The notes under the pieces: model-generated | The model's input: only the letters and a program-made list of their open reading frames with translations | The model's database searches: none | Told to the model about the DNA's origin: nothing | Made by a program: the position numbers and the translations under genes | Part shown: positions 42,259 through 43,385 of the stretch, one piece after another | Layout: every line of letters starts with the position of its first letter | Numbering within the stretch: position 1 is the stretch's first letter | Source of the DNA: a candidate division WS6 bacterium OLB20 | Lineage (GTDB): Bacteria > Patescibacteriota > Dojkabacteria > B142 > OLB20 | NCBI GenBank assembly: GCA_001567355.1 | Contig: JYNZ01000007.1 | Coordinates: 1 to 43,385, forward strand | DNA length: 43,385 bases | Reading direction: 5' to 3'

Positions 42259-43385
42259 TCAGACAGGATCGTCAATTGACCTGCTTATCTTATCCTGGAA
42301 CGAGTCAAGGTCAGGATCATTTCGCTTCTGCCATCTCTGTCCAGCTGTATTAAGCAGTTCACCGATCCTGTAGTGAACACCAAATACGTACATCGCAAAG
42401 CCCATCAGTACAAGCGATACTGCGATCAGAATGCGGTCAGCCTCCTCAGAGATCAGAGCTGTACAGGGCAACAGTCCGGGTGTGTATGTAATTGAGTCAC
42501 GTCCGCGTTCAATTGATCCTTCGGTAATTACAACAGTGTTGGACAGAGCTGTATCAACAAGTGCGTCATCCAGTGCAACCTGATATGTCAGGGTCAGTGT
42601 TGACTGTGCTGTCAGGGTAAGTGATGACCATGTTATTACATTCCCGCTAACCGAACCCCCGTTTGTAATACTTGTCTGAACCACATCGTCTGCACTGACT
42701 CTGCTGTCCAGAGTATCTGTGACGGTAAATGTTCTGGACTCACTGTCAGGATTGGTAATGACAAGCGTAAACACTGCAATCTGTGCGGCAGGTGTATTTG
42801 CATCACTGCAGATGGTCGCAGCAGACTTTTCGATCATTATCTGATCAACAGGTGTGCACTGATCTGCCTCGCACAGATCTGGATCATCAACGCACTGATC
42901 AAGTATACAGACCGGACCGGAACTGCCATCCTGACAGGTATGACCTACCGGGCACGCATTGTTACCCTCATCAGGATCGCAGGGCTCTCCGCAGTCAGGT
43001 ACAGGAGTACAACCGTCAGAGTAACAGCTGGCAGGTGAGGTTACGCACTGATTCAGCTCGCAGATACCCTCTCCGTCGTTGTTTTCATCAACACAGGTGT
43101 GGTTGTTGATACATGCATCAGTACCTTCTGACGTATCGCAGGTGCTTCCGCACGCTGCAGGTTCATACTCCACCGGGCAGGAGCCTCCGGGATAAAACGG
43201 TGCGCAAGCCTGACCGGATGCACTGATCTCAAAGTATCCTGTCGGACAGCTGGAACTTGTAACAGTAATCTGCTCACATGCATCACCGTCTGAAGGGTCA
43301 GATGTACATCGTGTACATATAGTTGAGACCCCGGGCGGCGGCGGAGCCGGAGCAGGTGCAGGTGCTGGTGCCGGCGCAGGGGCTG
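42259..43385 (-). CDS. Cys-rich, DUF11-like, C-terminally anchored surface protein (5' end beyond the window)
   Basis: The frame stays open to the window edge: my translation upstream of 43173 gives a ...PAPAPAPAPAPPPP linker and more Cys-rich sequence. It has two ~52-aa 8-Cys modules, a DUF11-type repeat (TFTVTDTL...VITW...LTLTYQV), LPCTA, one TM and a charged tail. Confidence 0.65.
   Translation of the reverse strand, partial: APAPAPAPAPAPAPPPPGVSTICTRCTSDPSDGDACEQITVTSSSCPTGYFEISASGQACAPFYPGGSCPVEYEPAACGSTCDTSEGTDACINNHTCVDENNDGEGICELNQCVTSPASCYSDGCTPVPDCGEPCDPDEGNNACPVGHTCQDGSSGPVCILDQCVDDPDLCEADQCTPVDQIMIEKSAATICSDANTPAAQIAVFTLVITNPDSESRTFTVTDTLDSRVSADDVVQTSITNGGSVSGNVITWSSLTLTAQSTLTLTYQVALDDALVDTALSNTVVITEGSIERGRDSITYTPGLLPCTALISEEADRILIAVSLVLMGFAMYVFGVHYRIGELLNTAGQRWQKRNDPDLDSFQDKISRSIDDPV

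Noticed and set aside
1-43385. Alternative genetic code (UGA recoded) or programmed ribosomal frameshifting as an explanation for the split genes
   Set aside because: The interruptions are changes of frame, not in-frame stops. UGA terminates well-conserved genes at the expected length, for example thyA and tmk. None of the four sites has a canonical X-XXY-YYZ slippery heptamer.

Overview
Densely coded 43.4-kb chromosomal window with about 42 protein genes and 4 tRNAs. I recognised no rRNA, CRISPR array, integrase or transposase. The standard code applies, with UGA used as stop. Left to right: two tandem tiny glycine-zipper membrane genes and a structured intergenic element; a SufU-like Fe-S scaffold; recF; a trigger factor that lacks the PPIase domain and ends in a (His-Asp)n tail; dus; a deoxypyrimidine/dTTP cluster (tmk, dcd, RibD_C-type reductase, dCMP deaminase, thyA) interleaved with three NUDIX genes; tandem paralogous membrane proteins; a CsoR/RcnR-family regulator-trxA-trxB operon with a perfect palindrome upstream; tRNA-Lys/Arg/Arg. 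Next comes a ~10.2-kb conceptual giant surface-protein gene of about 3,400 aa. It has an N-terminal anchor, ~4.7 x 351-aa Gly-rich tandem repeats, duplicated end modules and a C-terminal multi-TM module, and it is split into three ORFs by two 1-nt frame breaks. After it: sanA; zwf-pgl with a GH1-like enzyme, a HAD phosphatase and a PQQ-type sugar dehydrogenase; an NYN-domain protein; an LCP (LytR-CpsA-Psr) protein, also frame-broken; tRNA-Pro. Running off the right edge is a tight operon of a Cys-rich anchored surface protein, an SdpA-like protein and an HTTM (SdpB / vitamin-K-carboxylase-like) membrane enzyme. Gene content suggests a small-genome organism with a Gram-positive-type envelope (CPR/Saccharibacteria-like), but that is inference only. 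The best candidates for something new are the giant repeat-protein locus and the HTTM operon. Four frame breaks in three genes are each +/-1 nt and each sits at a short homopolymer. Consensus errors are the simplest explanation, so reads must be checked before any pseudogene claim.
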